DNA of 63,562 bases, filler included, from Octopus bimaculoides (GCF_001194135.2; 4 parts of 4 records of this genome joined end to end with filler, not necessarily neighbours in it); one strand, 5' to 3'. Positions 12,860 through 25,922 are shown, numbered from the whole stretch's first letter. Notes: generated by a model not told the origin, from the sequence alone. Numbers and translations are program-made.

Positions 12860-13844
12860 TTGTTCAACATTTGGTAGTTTCAGGCAAATTTCGACTGCAT
12901 CATCTGCTACACCTCCATGTCGCTGGAGTGTGTGCAGCATTGTGTACTTTTTTGTTTCTGGGAGTGTGCAAACTCTTCCCGATATTACATTGCGTCAGTT
13001 TCTTTCTTTATGAGGCATGGTGCAGTCTTTTGTTGTATTGGTGTTTCTCTTGTGCGTTTGTATGTAATGCGTTGGGTAATAAGCCTGCTGGTGGTAGTTT
13101 ATTTCTTTGCATATTTGCTGTATAGAGTGTCTTGTTTTTGTTGATTGTTTTGCTCAAGTTGTATTATTGAATTGCGTAAGATGTGGGCTGTTCCTAGCAG
13201 GGCTATTTTTGAATAGAGTGTAATGTTGAGGATCCAGGTATAGCTTCTACGCTTCTGTTCATATGTATTTTATCATGCCCAATGCTCCATTTATTACTAG
13301 TATTGTTTCACCTTCAAGCCCCATATCTTAAATACAGTAATTTGACAATTTCTCCACTTCTTTTTGGGCGATATTTTGGTCAGAAAGGACTACAATATCT
13401 TTCCGTAAGTAGATTTGTTTTCCAATCCTTGATTATTATGTCTGTGTGATTAACTTTTATTTCTTTGTCAGTTTGAAAAGTTATATCCCAGGCGATTGTG
13501 GCCTAGTCGTTGTCTTGTACCTTATTTGGAACATGTTTATACCATTTATTGTCAGTCTTTATGTTGTAGTGTTGGCATATTGTCCAGTGGATATAAATAC
13601 TTACCCGGTCCTGTCTATATATATATTCAGATTTGGCAAGGGCTGGACATCCAGAGATGATGTGGTCAACTGTGTCATTGCGCTGGTTGCATATTCTGCA
13701 ATTGGTATTAGGGCCTGTTTTCATTATTTTGCTTTTATAGTTGTTCGTAGTCAGGTATTGGTCTTGTGCAGCGAGAATCAGCCCTTCTCTTTCAGCTTTT
13801 ACTTTGTTGGCTTTTACTGAGACTCACTTCTTCTTTGTCAAGCC
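12860..13844 (-). mobile_element. 5'-truncated R4/Dong-like RLE LINE flanked by (TAA)n-type microsatellite
   Basis: ORF 13503-13724(-) CRICNQRNDTVDHIISGCPALAKSEYIYRQDRVSIYIHWTICQHY, then QTDKEIKVNHTDIIIKD (PD-(D/E)xK-like RLE) and NNGALGMIK. Confidence 0.85.
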
Positions 13845-13864
13845 TATTATTATTGTTGTTGTTG

Positions 13865-14078
13865 TAAGGGTGCGAACTTGTACAATCGTTAGCACACCGG
13901 ACAAAATGCTTAGCGACATTTCGTCCATCCATACGTCCTGTGTTCAAATTCCGCCGAGGTCCACTTTACCTTTCATCCTTTCAGGATGGATAACATAAGT
14001 ACCAGTTGAACACTGGGATCGATGTAATCGACTTATCCCCGCCCCCGAAATTGCTGGCCTTGAGCCAAAATTTGAGAC

Positions 14079-14080
<2 letters not shown>
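13865..14080 (+). mobile_element. SINE family A copy followed by a (TAT)n tail to ~14212
   Basis: aatcgttagcacaccggacaaaatgcttagc...gttcaaattccgccgagg...aaatttgagacc then (att)n. Confidence 0.85.
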
Positions 14081-14168
<88 letters not shown>

Positions 14169-14174
14169 CATTGA

Positions 14175-14214
<40 letters not shown>

Positions 14215-14731
14215 TCAAACCATTCATACTTCACTGCTTGAACATGATCAATACGCTTTAAAAGGGTTACTTTCCAGACTCATTATTGACAACTTAATAT
14301 CACCTTAACATTGTTTAACATTTAATTAGCATAGCTCTCCGTCCTCTTTGTTCGTACAGAAATGTAATTTCTATTTGAATATCCTATAGCTATTTTGATA
14401 TAGCCACGGATTTAACACCTGGTTTAACAGGAATAAATTGAAAACTTTTTATATGATCACCAGAATAATCACTTGCATTGTTAACGAGACGAAAGATTTT
14501 CTTGTCATAATTCCAGTTTATTGGAAAACAAACTAACAAATCAATGTTTTATGTTACATGAATTATGCTAGTCTGTCTACAATAAGCATGAACATCGTTC
14601 GAACCTGGTCACATGCCTACAGCTTATAGCATAATACTTCAGTAGGAAATTAACAGCCAATTAATTTCTTACATAGTTATATCTACCACGATACTATCAT
14701 GCCCATTGAATTCATTGAATTTTAAGAAGGC

Positions 14732-14774
14732 TTTTTCTCTCTATTGCAGGTGATGTAAATACAGGAAACTTAAC
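14732..14774 (+). promoter_or_regulatory. Splice acceptor (AG 14748-14749) and 25-nt 5'UTR of the GPCR coding exon, containing an ATG-TAA start-stop element at 14753-14758
   Basis: tttttctctctattgcag|gtgatgtaaat: polypyrimidine tract plus CAG|G consensus, 25 nt before the ATG. Confidence 0.75.
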
Positions 14775-15899
14775 ATGAATATCTCCCAAGAGAACGAAAA
14801 TACTTCATTTGAGGAGCATTGCTTAGACCTTAACAAAGACTTAGGTCCATTTCAGTTTTACACCTGGGGTATCGGCTCTAATATCATTGCAATCACTGGT
14901 ATCTTACTGAATATCTTCGCCATCGCAGTACTGACTCAACCTCGGATGCGCTCCTCCACAGCCGTATACCTCATTTCACTGGCCGTATATGACAACGTCG
15001 TACTTCTTTCAATGATCATTAATTTCGCCATACCAACTATAAACACCAACGAGGCCTTCAATGATACATATTCGTTCATGTACAGCTACCTCCAGCCGAT
15101 AGCTTACCCCATCGCTCTCATTGCACAAACAGGTACAATCTACACTACAGTTGGATTCACAGTGGAACGTTACGTAGCCGTTTGTAGACCTTTACAGGCA
15201 GCTAATATATGCACGATGAACAGATCCAAGAAAGCGGTCTTGTGTATTCTTTTAGGCTCAATTATGTACAATATACCTCGAATGTTTGAATTCGAAACGA
15301 AAACTGAATGGAATTCTCAATACAACCACACACGACCAACTTATAGTACCACAGAACTTGGCAAGAACAAAATCTACAAAGAAGTCTATTTCATTTATTT
15401 AAATCTCCTTGTGATGTTTTTGATGCCTTTTACATTACTTACCTATCTTAATACTTGTTTAATTAATGCTATTCGCACATCGCGCAAGTCTCGAATGCAA
15501 ATGAGCTCTTCAGCTGTGAAGGAAAACAACATGACAATCATGCTAATATCCGTTGTTGTAGTATTTCTAGTTTGCCAGCTTCCATCAATTGCTGACAATA
15601 TCCTCTGGACGGTACTTAAGAACAATCAACAAAACTGCAGTGCCGCTTACATAAAGTTCACCACGATCAGTAACTTGATGGTAGTTTTTAACTCAGCCTG
15701 TAATTTTGTTCTCTATTGTCTCTTTGGCAAAAAATTCAGGCGTGTTTTCAGCAAGTTATTCTGTAGTAGATTTCGTCGCTCGACAGTCCGGTATCAGTTT
15801 CGACCAGAATCAACCACTTTAGTTTCTCACATACGTGACAATACAACAAAACTTTATCACATACAAGGACATCATGAAATGGAAAGTACGTCAGTTTGA
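14775..15899 (+). CDS. Class A (rhodopsin-like) neuropeptide GPCR, FMRFamide-receptor-like; 374 aa, single coding exon
   Basis: Seven hydrophobic segments. TM1 GILLN, TM2 YLISLAVYD, TM3 IAQT..IY.T..FTVERYVAVCRPL, TM4 YNIPRMFE, TM5 PF..L..LN, TM6 VFLVCQLP, TM7 NSACNFVLYCLFGKKFR. These are the ERY and NFxxY variants typical of invertebrate FMRFamide/myosuppressin/sex-peptide receptor-like GPCRs. The ligand cannot be inferred from sequence. Confidence 0.93.
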   Translation: MNISQENENTSFEEHCLDLNKDLGPFQFYTWGIGSNIIAITGILLNIFAIAVLTQPRMRSSTAVYLISLAVYDNVVLLSMIINFAIPTINTNEAFNDTYSFMYSYLQPIAYPIALIAQTGTIYTTVGFTVERYVAVCRPLQAANICTMNRSKKAVLCILLGSIMYNIPRMFEFETKTEWNSQYNHTRPTYSTTELGKNKIYKEVYFIYLNLLVMFLMPFTLLTYLNTCLINAIRTSRKSRMQMSSSAVKENNMTIMLISVVVVFLVCQLPSIADNILWTVLKNNQQNCSAAYIKFTTISNLMVVFNSACNFVLYCLFGKKFRRVFSKLFCSRFRRSTVRYQFRPESTTLVSHIRDNTTKLYHIQGHHEMESTSV

Positions 15900-17344
15900 C
15901 AAACTAAAGCAATAATACATTTGCTCTAGATTCTTCTACCATTCCATCTCACTACGTTTTAACATTTTGTAATAATTACATTCTTTAAACAACATGTGTT
16001 TATCTCTCTAGCTTAGTAACTGGTTGAAAATAACATATTTTCTTTTGCGTTTTTCAATATTTATATATTTTTCTGAAATATGCGTAGTTGTACAAAATAT
16101 CTTATTATTATATTTGGCTTTTCTACTGGATGAGTCTCTTAAAACTGTATAACATATGTACATGTGTGTATGTGTGTTTGTATGGTTGTATGTAAAATAC
16201 AGGCGGTACCCCAACATGTATGTTTATATGTATGTATGTATGTATGTNNNNNNNNNNNNNNNNNNNNNNNNNNNNNNNNNNNNNNNNNNNNNNNNNNNNN
16301 NNNNNNNNNNNNNNNNNNNNNNNNNNNNNNNNNNNNNNNNNNNNNNNNNNNNNNNNNNNNNNNNNNNNNNNNNNNNNNNNNNNNNNNNNNNNNNNNNNNN
16401 NNNNNNNNNNNNNNNNNNNNNNNNNNNNNNNNNNNNNNNNNNNNNNNNNNNNNNNNNNNNNNNNNNNNNNNNNNNNNNNNNNNNNNNNNNNNNNNNNNNN
16501 NNNNNNNNNNNNNNNNNNNNNNNNNNNNNNNNNNNNNNNNNNNNNNNNNNNNNNNNNNNNNNNNNNNNNNNNNNNNNNNNNNNNNNNNNNNNNNNNNNNN
16601 NNNNNNNNNNNNNNNNNNNNNNNNNNNNNNNNNNNNNNNNNNNNNNNNNNNNNNNNNNNNNNNNNNNNNNNNNNNNNNNNNNNNNNNNNNNNNNNNNNNN
16701 NNNNNNNNNNNNNNNNNNNNNNNNNNNNNNNNNNNNNNNNNNNNNNNNNNNNNNNNNNNNNNNNNNNNNNNNNNNNNNNNNNNNNNNNNNNNNNNNNNNN
16801 NNNNNNNNNNNNNNNNNNNNNNNNNNNNNNNNNNNNNNNNNNNNNNNNNNNNNNNNNNNNNNNATATATATAATTGGTTCTCTGGAGAATATATTTGGTA
16901 TTGGTAGTAATACATGGAGATAGTAATTGACTAAGGCTGAATGGGTTAAGGGGATAGTTGGGGATGAGTTGTTGATATAGTGGCAGTGGTAGATCTGTAT
17001 ATTTTTATGTTTAGGCCGAGGTTATGGACGTAGTTTTCAATATTTAGACATTTAGGTAAAGAATTGGTGGGGGTCAAGTAAAGAAATTGAACCACACCCC
17101 CATTAACACGCACTTCAAAACAATGTACTTCCTCGAGACCACTTTCAACCTTTGCCAACTCTCAATATTTAATTACTCAAATCCACATTACATACATACC
17201 TCATCTAACCACCCTAATAATGTTATTAATAAACTTACCTAAAAAATAAATCGCTTCTCTCCTCCAGAGTTTCAGACAACGAAGCTTGCTTCAAAAAACA
17301 CATCTACAAGTTTTAAATTTCAGAAACTTTAAAGACGCAAGTGT

Positions 17345-17725
17345 AGTTGTGCGGTGAGATGTTTGTTTCCCAACTACATGGTTCCGAGTTCAGTCCTACT
17401 CCGCAGCACCTTGGGCAAGTGTCTTCGCGCTGACCAAAGCCTTATGAGTGGGTTTTGTAGCCGGAAACTGAAAGAAGTCAGTCGTGTATGTGTGTGTACG
17501 GAAACTGAAAGAAGTCAGTCGTGTGTGGGGGGTCTACGTAGTCTACCACCACCGCTTGACAACCGGTGTTAGTGTGTTTACGTCCCCCGACAAAAGAAAC
17601 CAATTGAATGAGAACCAGGCTTAAAAAGAGCAATGAGGTCGATGTATTCGACTAAAATTCTACAAGGCGGTGCCCCACTATGACCACAGTTCAATGACTG
17701 AAACAAGTAAAAGATAAAAGCTAAA
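17345..17725 (+). mobile_element. tRNA-derived SINE family C copy
   Basis: catggttccgagttcagtcc...caccttgggcaagtgtc head; tail aaggcggtgcccc...gactgaaacaagtaaaag. Confidence 0.8.
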
Positions 17726-17929
17726 ATAAAAAAAGACAGATTCAATGAAACCAACACCATGAGGCATATTAAAAACAAAATGAGGCATATTATCTGGTAT
17801 AACCCTCCCGATCAATTTATAACTACCTGCACTAGAAACCACCTTTTCTATAGAAAGGTTCACTTCGATTTTCAAAATAAAAATGAATACCTCACCATGA
17901 GTGGACGACAGAGTTGTATATCGCACATA

Positions 17930-19175
17930 CAGGGACGCAGATATATTCGTTCGTTTTTTTTTTTGTTTTTCTATTTTGATCCTCCTTTTTTATCAACGGT
18001 TTTCACAAATCAGTCAATAATATATTCTCCTTTATTACTCATGACTTCTTGGCAACGTTCCACTAGTCTGTCACTACCTTGATTGTTGAAATCACCGAGT
18101 TTTAACTCAAAGAATTCATCAAGCCACGTTTTCAGCTCTACGTCATTGTTGTACGAAACGCCTCGGAAACTATTGAAGAGTATCCAAAAAACATTGATAA
18201 TCTGAAGGGGCAATACCATGAGAATATTGCGGATGTGGTAGAACTTCTCAATGAGGTTCTTGAACAGTATTTTTGGTCAATTTAACGACACGGAAGACGA
18301 GTGTTGTTCTGTTGACGAAGCATACCATATAGCCAGTCTGGTTGTATTAGATGGATTGCTTCGTTGTATTAGATGGAGTGCTTCGTTGTTTTCAAGTATT
18401 TTCCAGTGGATTACTCCTTCCCAATTCCACCAAACGAAGATCATTGCTTTGCAGCGATACAGCTCTGGCTTGCTTATCGAGACTCGCTCATATTTTCCTC
18501 TACTTCATATTGACGTAAAAACACTATTTTTCATCGCCGGCGACAAGACGGTAACAATATTTTCATTTATGTCCACAAATAGCCTGGTTTCGAGCGAGCA
18601 AACTGGCAGCAACAGAGGGATGCTGAAGTTTATCACCTTTCGTCCAGAGTCTATGGTACTCATGCACCGAGATAGTTTAGCCTTATCCATCGAGTGGTAA
18701 CGGGCGATGGTATCACGAGATTATCCCATCTGCTAGACCAATTTGCTAGTGGATTGGCACCGATCTTTGTGGATGAGCTGGTTCAATTGATCTTCATTGA
18801 ACTGAACAAGTCGGTCGGAATATAGAGAGTCTGTGAGGTCGAATTTCTCCTCCTTGAAAGCTATTTCTGTACAGTTCTTTCAGTAATGGCTCCTTCTACC
18901 TACACAGCACAAATGTCTTGAGTAGTTTTGGCAGCATTGGAACCTCGATTGAAAGTAAAGAGAAGCAGGTATCGAAAAAGCTCATTTTTTTTCTACACAC
19001 TTTATCGTCATATGACTGAAAAGCAGAAAGATTTAATCAAACTTCAAAAACGATAAACAAAAATAGTAGAGAAAGAATAGAGTTACAAAAAAAGCATAAG
19101 ACATTACGATAAAAATGTTTTTGTATTAACGTAAATAACTTTGGAAACAAACGAAGAATTTATCTGACAACCCTA
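17930..19175 (-). mobile_element. Decayed, near full-length mariner, second lineage
   Basis: N-terminus ELFRYLLLFTFNRGSNAAKT; catalytic remnant LVAGDEK; C-terminus LKTWLDEFFELKLGDFNNQGSDRLVERCQEVMSNKGEYI. TIRs cagggacgcagatatattcgttcg / reverse complement tagggttgtcagataaattcttcg, TA-flanked (17928-29, 19176-77). Confidence 0.85.
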
Positions 19176-19182
19176 TATATAA

Positions 19183-19273
<91 letters not shown>

Positions 19274-19429
19274 TGTACCAAAATAGTTTTAATTGAAACT
19301 TTATTGCATTTTTTATTTGCTTGTTACTTACTTCGATTGGAGCCTTGTTCTTCACGCTGGCTGCAGATTTGTTTAATTCGAGGAACTAATGCCGTTAGTT
19401 TCAACCTTTATACCGCTGTTTTCTGATAT

Positions 19430-20945
19430 CCACTCAACGATTGGTAACAACGCTAAATTGTTAACAACACTGAATTAGTAACAACACTAAAACCACATCG
19501 ACTAAACTAGACAATTAAAAATCTATCAATACTTCTCCTCCTAAAGTAATAGTGTTTGTATGTTTCTTTTTGCTCTCCTGAAACAACCACATCATAATTC
19601 ATTTGATTTGGAAACGTTTTCACTGATTTATTGTGTTTCTACTCAGATGACTCTTCTTGTTTATTACTCGTTCTGATACTTCAGAGAAATCCACTAGAAA
19701 TGATTAAATCAAGTAACGGAGATACCCTTTTGCTTTCAAATCATAAAATCTGTCAATAAAACTATTAATTATTAACCAACATTTCCAGGCATTCAACGAT
19801 GACCTTCTTTATCGGTAACCACACAGTTTTTATAGTCAAGAGAAGTGACTAAATGTTCTTGCCGATATTTTGTTTTATTGGCACAAATCCAGAAATATCA
19901 AGAATACAAATATCTTTACTTTTGCATCAACCAATGTCACACTGGCTTCTTTGGAGTTACTTGATTATAAATCAAAGTTTCTCAAAAATATCACTCAAGA
20001 AGCCCACACAAGTTCTGTCGTTTGTTATAAAGAGGAGGTTCATTTCGGGTTTATACTTTAAAAAAATTTGTTGAGATCAAATAGTTCCATAAATCTTTTG
20101 AGGTGGCATCCAACTTACTTCAGTGAGGAGAAATAATCTTACATGCTCTGTACTTTTATCCTCAGAAAATTCCTTGAGCAGATACATTTACTTTGATAGA
20201 GTTGATGCATTTAATCCCTATCACAATATCGCGTGAGTGTAGGGTAAATTATCTTCATGTGCAAGTTTTCTCTATAAATAATAAAATGCACAGTCATGTT
20301 TGGATTATCATCTGTCATTAGTTAATTAGTTTTTTTACCCATCATGGCGGATGCACCATCTACTACGCATAATGCAATGTTTAGTTTTAATTATTTGATT
20401 TTTTTCATCGTACTCTAACAACAATAGTGATTGTTTCTAAAGATTAACAAAACAGCATCTCTTCTTGAAATTCTTTATGCCAATAACAGAGCTTCGTTAT
20501 CTTGTACGGTAGATTCATCGATTTGTATTGAGAGCTTTCGTGATTTCAGCTTCTCAATAAATTGCTTTGTCAGCATCTTGCCCCATATTATTTATTCTGT
20601 TGCTGACAACATGGTTACTCGATGATATTGTTTGAATTTCTTCGTCATCCTTTAAAGAACTGTTTTGAAAATAACTGATATTGCAAATCTAATAATTTCT
20701 TCCCCAATCGTATGATTCTTCCCCTTTTTTGCTATCAACAGAAATATTCCATAGCTTGCTTCAAAAGTTCGATTCAGTACTGTAGTTTCCACATCAAATA
20801 AGGAAATGATTTTTCCATCTATTTTCAAATGTGTCTTTAAGAGATTTAAAATATTCTAATTTCGAAATAACACAGTTAGGATGTTTAGCTCCCAAAAGGG
20901 TTTAAGACAGTCAGGTTTCATTGTTTCATTTGATAAAGTATGATG
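19430..20945 (-). mobile_element. Decayed hAT transposase remnant (Charlie/Buster-like)
   Basis: Minus-strand fragments LSNETMKP, IAKKGKNHTIGEEII and a SNNTV.RRI-like segment, characteristic of Charlie/Buster (ZBED8/SCAND3-like) transposases; many stops. Confidence 0.7.
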
Positions 20946-22302
20946 CCTATNNNNNNNNNNNNNNNNNNNNNNNNNNNNNNNNNNNNNNNNNNNNNNNNNN
21001 NNNNNNNNNATTAACGAATTTTTTATTTCCTAGTTCTGTTCATTTTAAAAAAGTGAAATATATCTGGGAAAATTTTATCAATCTAAATCATATTTTGTTC
21101 CTTTAACGCCCCACGTTTCCTCACTAGCATGGGTGAGACGAGAAAGTATTTTAGGCAGGATTTTTTGTCTTCATGAGAGGGTTTTTTTTTAATTCCAGAT
21201 GAATACGAAAGGACAAGGATAGCGAATTTGTCGACGGTAAATGACAGCAAACGTCACCGATGTCAACCCAGCTGCAAACAACGACATCACTTCTTGCAGT
21301 TCAGCATCAAATGGTGACGGTTATAGCCGTAGCACAACGCAGATTGTAAATATTCATGCACACACACACACACACACACACATATGGCAGGCCTCAATTT
21401 GCGTTAACAAAATTTTCTTGGTGGGCATTGACTGACACGGGTCTATAGTAGAAAACAGTTGACCTAAGTTACCATGCGTGTTTTTAACTGTGAATAATGA
21501 TTATATAGATGCCCTTTTCAAAAACAAACTAATTAGAGTAAACAAACTAGTTAAGGCTATCACACTAGTTAAGTTTAAGTATAAACCTTACATTGAGATA
21601 CTACCAGTTGCCTCACCACTTATTTGTTATCGACGAAAATTCAAAAAAGGTAATGGATATTTAAATAATTTCATTATAAGTAGCCTCTCTCTATTTTTCT
21701 ATGTGATTTCTGCCATGGTTGTCATTAAAAAATTTAGAAAATAATCCATAACGTTGTTTAAAATGATTCAGAACACATTAAAAGTCTAAACTCAGCAAAT
21801 TTTCCAGAATGTAATAAAAATTTGTGAAAAGTATGATACCAAAATTACAATTTATTGACCTATTTTCGTTTTTTAGACCAGCTTTTAATTTAATGAAAAT
21901 TCCCTATGCCCCATTCCGAAAGCTCCCATCCTGTCAAAATAAGGTCAAGCCCACGTAAATTTTCATAATCTATCTGCTTTCTGTACAGTTGGTAATTAAC
22001 TACAATACTGAGTAGAGTAACCTGTTATGAGCTACAGAGCAAATGTAGGAAAAATAAGGGTAAATACGTAGTTATCTGTAACTTGATACAATAAAGTGTT
22101 CCTCGACGATCTGTCGTGGTTAAACTTCTATACGTATTTGGAACATCTAACATAATATTAAAACGCGTGTAGGAACTTTAGAATAAACTGGTGTTTATCC
22201 TTATTTTTCACATACACATGTTCCCTTATGTGAGTGTGATTGTATGAATTAGTCTATCTGTGTACATGTATGTATGTATGTATGTATGTATGTATGTATG
22301 TA

Positions 22303-22495
22303 CTCGTGGGGATGCTGAAAAGTTCTTGGCTTTAAGGGTATTGCGAAAGGCCTGATTGGAGGTCCAACTTTCCAAGTTTTTTTACAGGGCTTAGCAAAAC
22401 TGGAGGACCACTGCAATAACTGTGTGAATCAGAGAGGGGAAAGTGTTGAATAAAATCGTAATTAACTTATCCTCCTGTATTTTCTTTTACCCAGT
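22303..22495 (+). mobile_element. Truncated mariner-derived MITE
   Basis: ctcgtggggatgctgaaaagttcttggc TIR-like start; retains the mariner C-terminal remnant C..CVNQRGESVE*. Confidence 0.55.
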
Positions 22496-22504
22496 ATACA
22501 TATA

Positions 22505-23783
22505 CACAGGCCAAAATAAGTTTAAGACCGATGATGACAATTCTATTCATTCATTAATATATTTTTAACAAAACTGGATAAAATTATTTTACTTTTTACA
22601 GTTTATGTAGATTTTTTTCTTTCGAATGATATAAGCAATATATATATATACCTTTCTACAATTTTGATGTGCAATTAATTCAAATGATTAGAAATTGTCG
22701 ACAAAATAAGTTTAAGTCTGTACCAAGATTATGCAAATATGGCTACCGTAGTGCAGTGTTTTGTTTAATAATCGAGTATTGTTACACATTAATTCGCTAT
22801 GGGAAAGCATCGTGGCCCAGTTACTAGGTCAAAGATCGTGTTGCTTCATCAGCAAAATGTGTCCTTCATGAACATTAACAAGCAATTAGGATGCAGCAAA
22901 ACGGCTTGTGTTCAAGCAAGGAAGCTTTGCCAAGCCACTGGCCAATACAAAGATCGGCAAAGAACGGGCGCTCCGAGAAAAACAACAGTACAGATGGATC
23001 GGCAAATTCATAGGCTCTCTGAAGGTAACCTGCGCAAGTGGGAGGCGGTGGGGTAATGGTGTGGGCCGCATTCAGAAGCTTAGGTGTTGGTCCAATTGTT
23101 AAGGTTGATGGCAGACTGAACAGTGTAGGCTATCTGCAATTAGTAAATGAAAATGTGCTGCCATATTTAAATAATCAGACGCCACCGGGATTTTTTTTCA
23201 AGCAGGACAATTGCCCCGTTCATAAGCCTAGGAAAGTTTTGCAGTATTTTGAGCGCAATAATATGGTCGTTATTCAGTGGCCTCCGCAGATCCCGGATTT
23301 GAATCCGATAGAAAATTTATGGAATTATATTTCTAAAAGAGTTCATGCTAAAACACCAGCAAATTTGTCCCAATCATATAATTTTATTGAAGAATATGGC
23401 AGAACATTCCAGGTGATTTTTGTGCTCATTTATCGAACTGCATGTCCTACCGTTGTAAGACTGTAATTGAAAATAATGGCTATGGAACTAGATACTAATA
23501 ATAAATTTTTGTTTGTTGATCATTTGTGCCGTAAATTTTCAATTTAAACAAAATAATGTTGGCACGGTCTTGAATTTATTTTGCCGACAATTTTTAATCA
23601 TTTGAATTAATTGTGCATTTAAATTATTCAAATTGTAGAAAGATATATAACACCTATATTATTCAAAATAGAAAAAAATTCTACATAAACTGTAAAAAGT
23701 AAAATAATTTTATATAGTTTTGTTAAAAATAAATTAATGAAGGAATAGAACTATCATTGGCCTTAAACTTATTTTGGCCAGTG
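22505..23783 (+). mobile_element. Internally deleted Tc1-family (DD34E) transposon with ~215-bp IR/DR-type TIRs
   Basis: Left TIR (22505-~22720) and right TIR (~23565-23783) are reverse complements. caaaataagtttaag occurs at both ends of the left TIR. N-terminal ORF 22799 (paired-like HTH, TGAPRKTT) is fused at ~23035 to GGGGVMVWAAF. FKQDNCPVH to PDLNPIENLW gives 34 residues between D and E. Confidence 0.92.
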
Positions 23784-23851
<68 letters not shown>

Positions 23852-24577
23852 TGGGTATCTGTCGCCTACTCATTATCAACTAAAATTCCACCATCCTCAC
23901 AATTACACATTCAACCACACACCAACCTATCACACTTGCATACACACGCACGTACATATCAATACTACACAATTATCTTCGTTTATTAATCAACAAGTAG
24001 TTAGTCTCATAAAAACGATACCTTGTATTATTTTTCATTGGTTGTAAATATGAGTACTTATTTATTTCTCAACTTACAATAGTGGTCCCTATATCCCCCT
24101 ACCCGTCTACTATATCAATTACAGCCAACTACTAAACGTTGACCACCACTCTTAAGACACATTCAATACCTATTACCTCGTTTTCAATCTCCTTTCATTG
24201 TCAAACGTTTTGTTTTTGTATTTGTTTCGCATGATTCTTGATGAGAAATCGCATTGAAGCGGATAATATTGCATTTTGAGAGGGTTACAATGCCAATGAA
24301 AACACACGCACTGGCTATGTTTCACTTCAGTTTTGTCACCAATCAATTAGATAAGAACTCATTTGATGAGTAGTTTGATTCATTAGTCTGCGAAAATTCT
24401 TTTGTCATACTCTATGACATTACCAAAGACTATGTGCCATTCAAGCACTTCTTTCTCGCCCAAATAGCAATTCCCCGAGAAAAACCTCCATACCCCAACA
24501 TGAAAACGACTCCATAAAACCAAGACAATCATCTACACAGTCAACAACAAATGTTTACATTATCTTCTTACTTCTTT

Positions 24578-24790
24578 ATTGTCCACAAGGGGCTAAACAT
24601 AGAGAGGACAAGCAAGGGATTATGTCGATTACATCGACCCCAGTGCGTAACTGGTACTTAATCTATCGACCCCGAAAGGATGAAAGGCAAAGTCGACCTC
24701 AGCGGAATTTGAACTCAGAACGTAGCGGCAGACGAAATACTGCTAAGCATTTCGCCCAGCGTGTTAACGTTTCTGCCAGCTCGCCGCCTT
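24578..24790 (-). mobile_element. SINE family A copy
   Basis: Reverse complement of the family A head and body. Confidence 0.85.
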
Positions 24791-25130
24791 TTACATTATC
24801 TTTTACATTATCTTCTTGTCGTATCAACAACTCTTCGCCCTCAATACGCAAATACTTCTATAAATCAACTGCCAGAACCATATCACAATCTACAGATGCA
24901 ACAACTATCACCCACTAAACTCTCCAGGGAAGATAACATTTCTTATCAATATAGCTGAAGACTCGCAAAATGAAATTACCGGACACCGGAACACATCAGT
25001 CATTCTGATACTTTGAATAATTTTTGCTCTAAACATAGAGTTGAGTTCTAATATTGTTAGACGTATACGCACACAGTACTCACATCCTTCTCTCTTATAC
25101 TTTCTCTCCCTCTCTCTATTCTCTCTTTCT

Positions 25131-25181
<51 letters not shown>

Positions 25182-25746
25182 CTCTGCGTGTGTGTGTGTG
25201 TTTATCTATCTACCTATCGTTATATATCTACAAACACAAATATATACATATATGTACACATATATACATAAATATGCACACATATTCACATTTATAAATT
25301 TATGAGCGTATATATTATATATAAGATGAAGGAGTGTATGTATGTATGTGTATACATTGATAATACAGAGAACGAAGAATTTGAACATTCAAACTTTATG
25401 TTTAATTAGAGTTGGTTCATTCAAAATAATTGCCCGACACGTGTTTTGATCGCGTTAATTGCATATTGCTGCATATTTATATGCAGCGATTTATGCATTA
25501 TTATTACGATCTCTTCGGAGGGTATAAATATGACATTGTTCGAAGAGTAATTTTCCTCCGTTATTAGCTTGAATTAGGCTTGGTAGCAGTAGTAGTAAGC
25601 CGATATGTTGTTTTTTACAACTGATTGTTTGGGTAAAAATTCAGCAATAGCAGCAGTGTTTGTTGAAGTTGACACATTTTCCTGGTCCGTTGGAGAGTGG
25701 TTATTTATAGAATACTTTTTTTTAATGATATATATATATATCGAGA

Positions 25747-25860
25747 GAGAAGGAGAGAAAGAGAGAAGGAGAGACAGAGAAGGAGAGACAGAGAAGGAGA
25801 GACAGAGAAGGAGAGACAGAGAAGGAGAGACAGAGAAGGAGAGACAGAGAAGGAGAGACA
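25747..25860. repeat. 14-bp tandem repeat GAGAAGGAGAGACA, 7 perfect units plus 1 imperfect
   Basis: Counted directly (perfect units 25763-25860). Confidence 0.95.
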
Positions 25861-25922
25861 GAGATCTGGCGTTTCAATTTCAAAATTACGTAATCGTCTA
25901 CGTAATGATTACCGCACAACAT

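Noticed and set aside
18251-18700. 149-aa + strand ORF
   Set aside because: Antisense shadow of the minus-strand mariner transposase.
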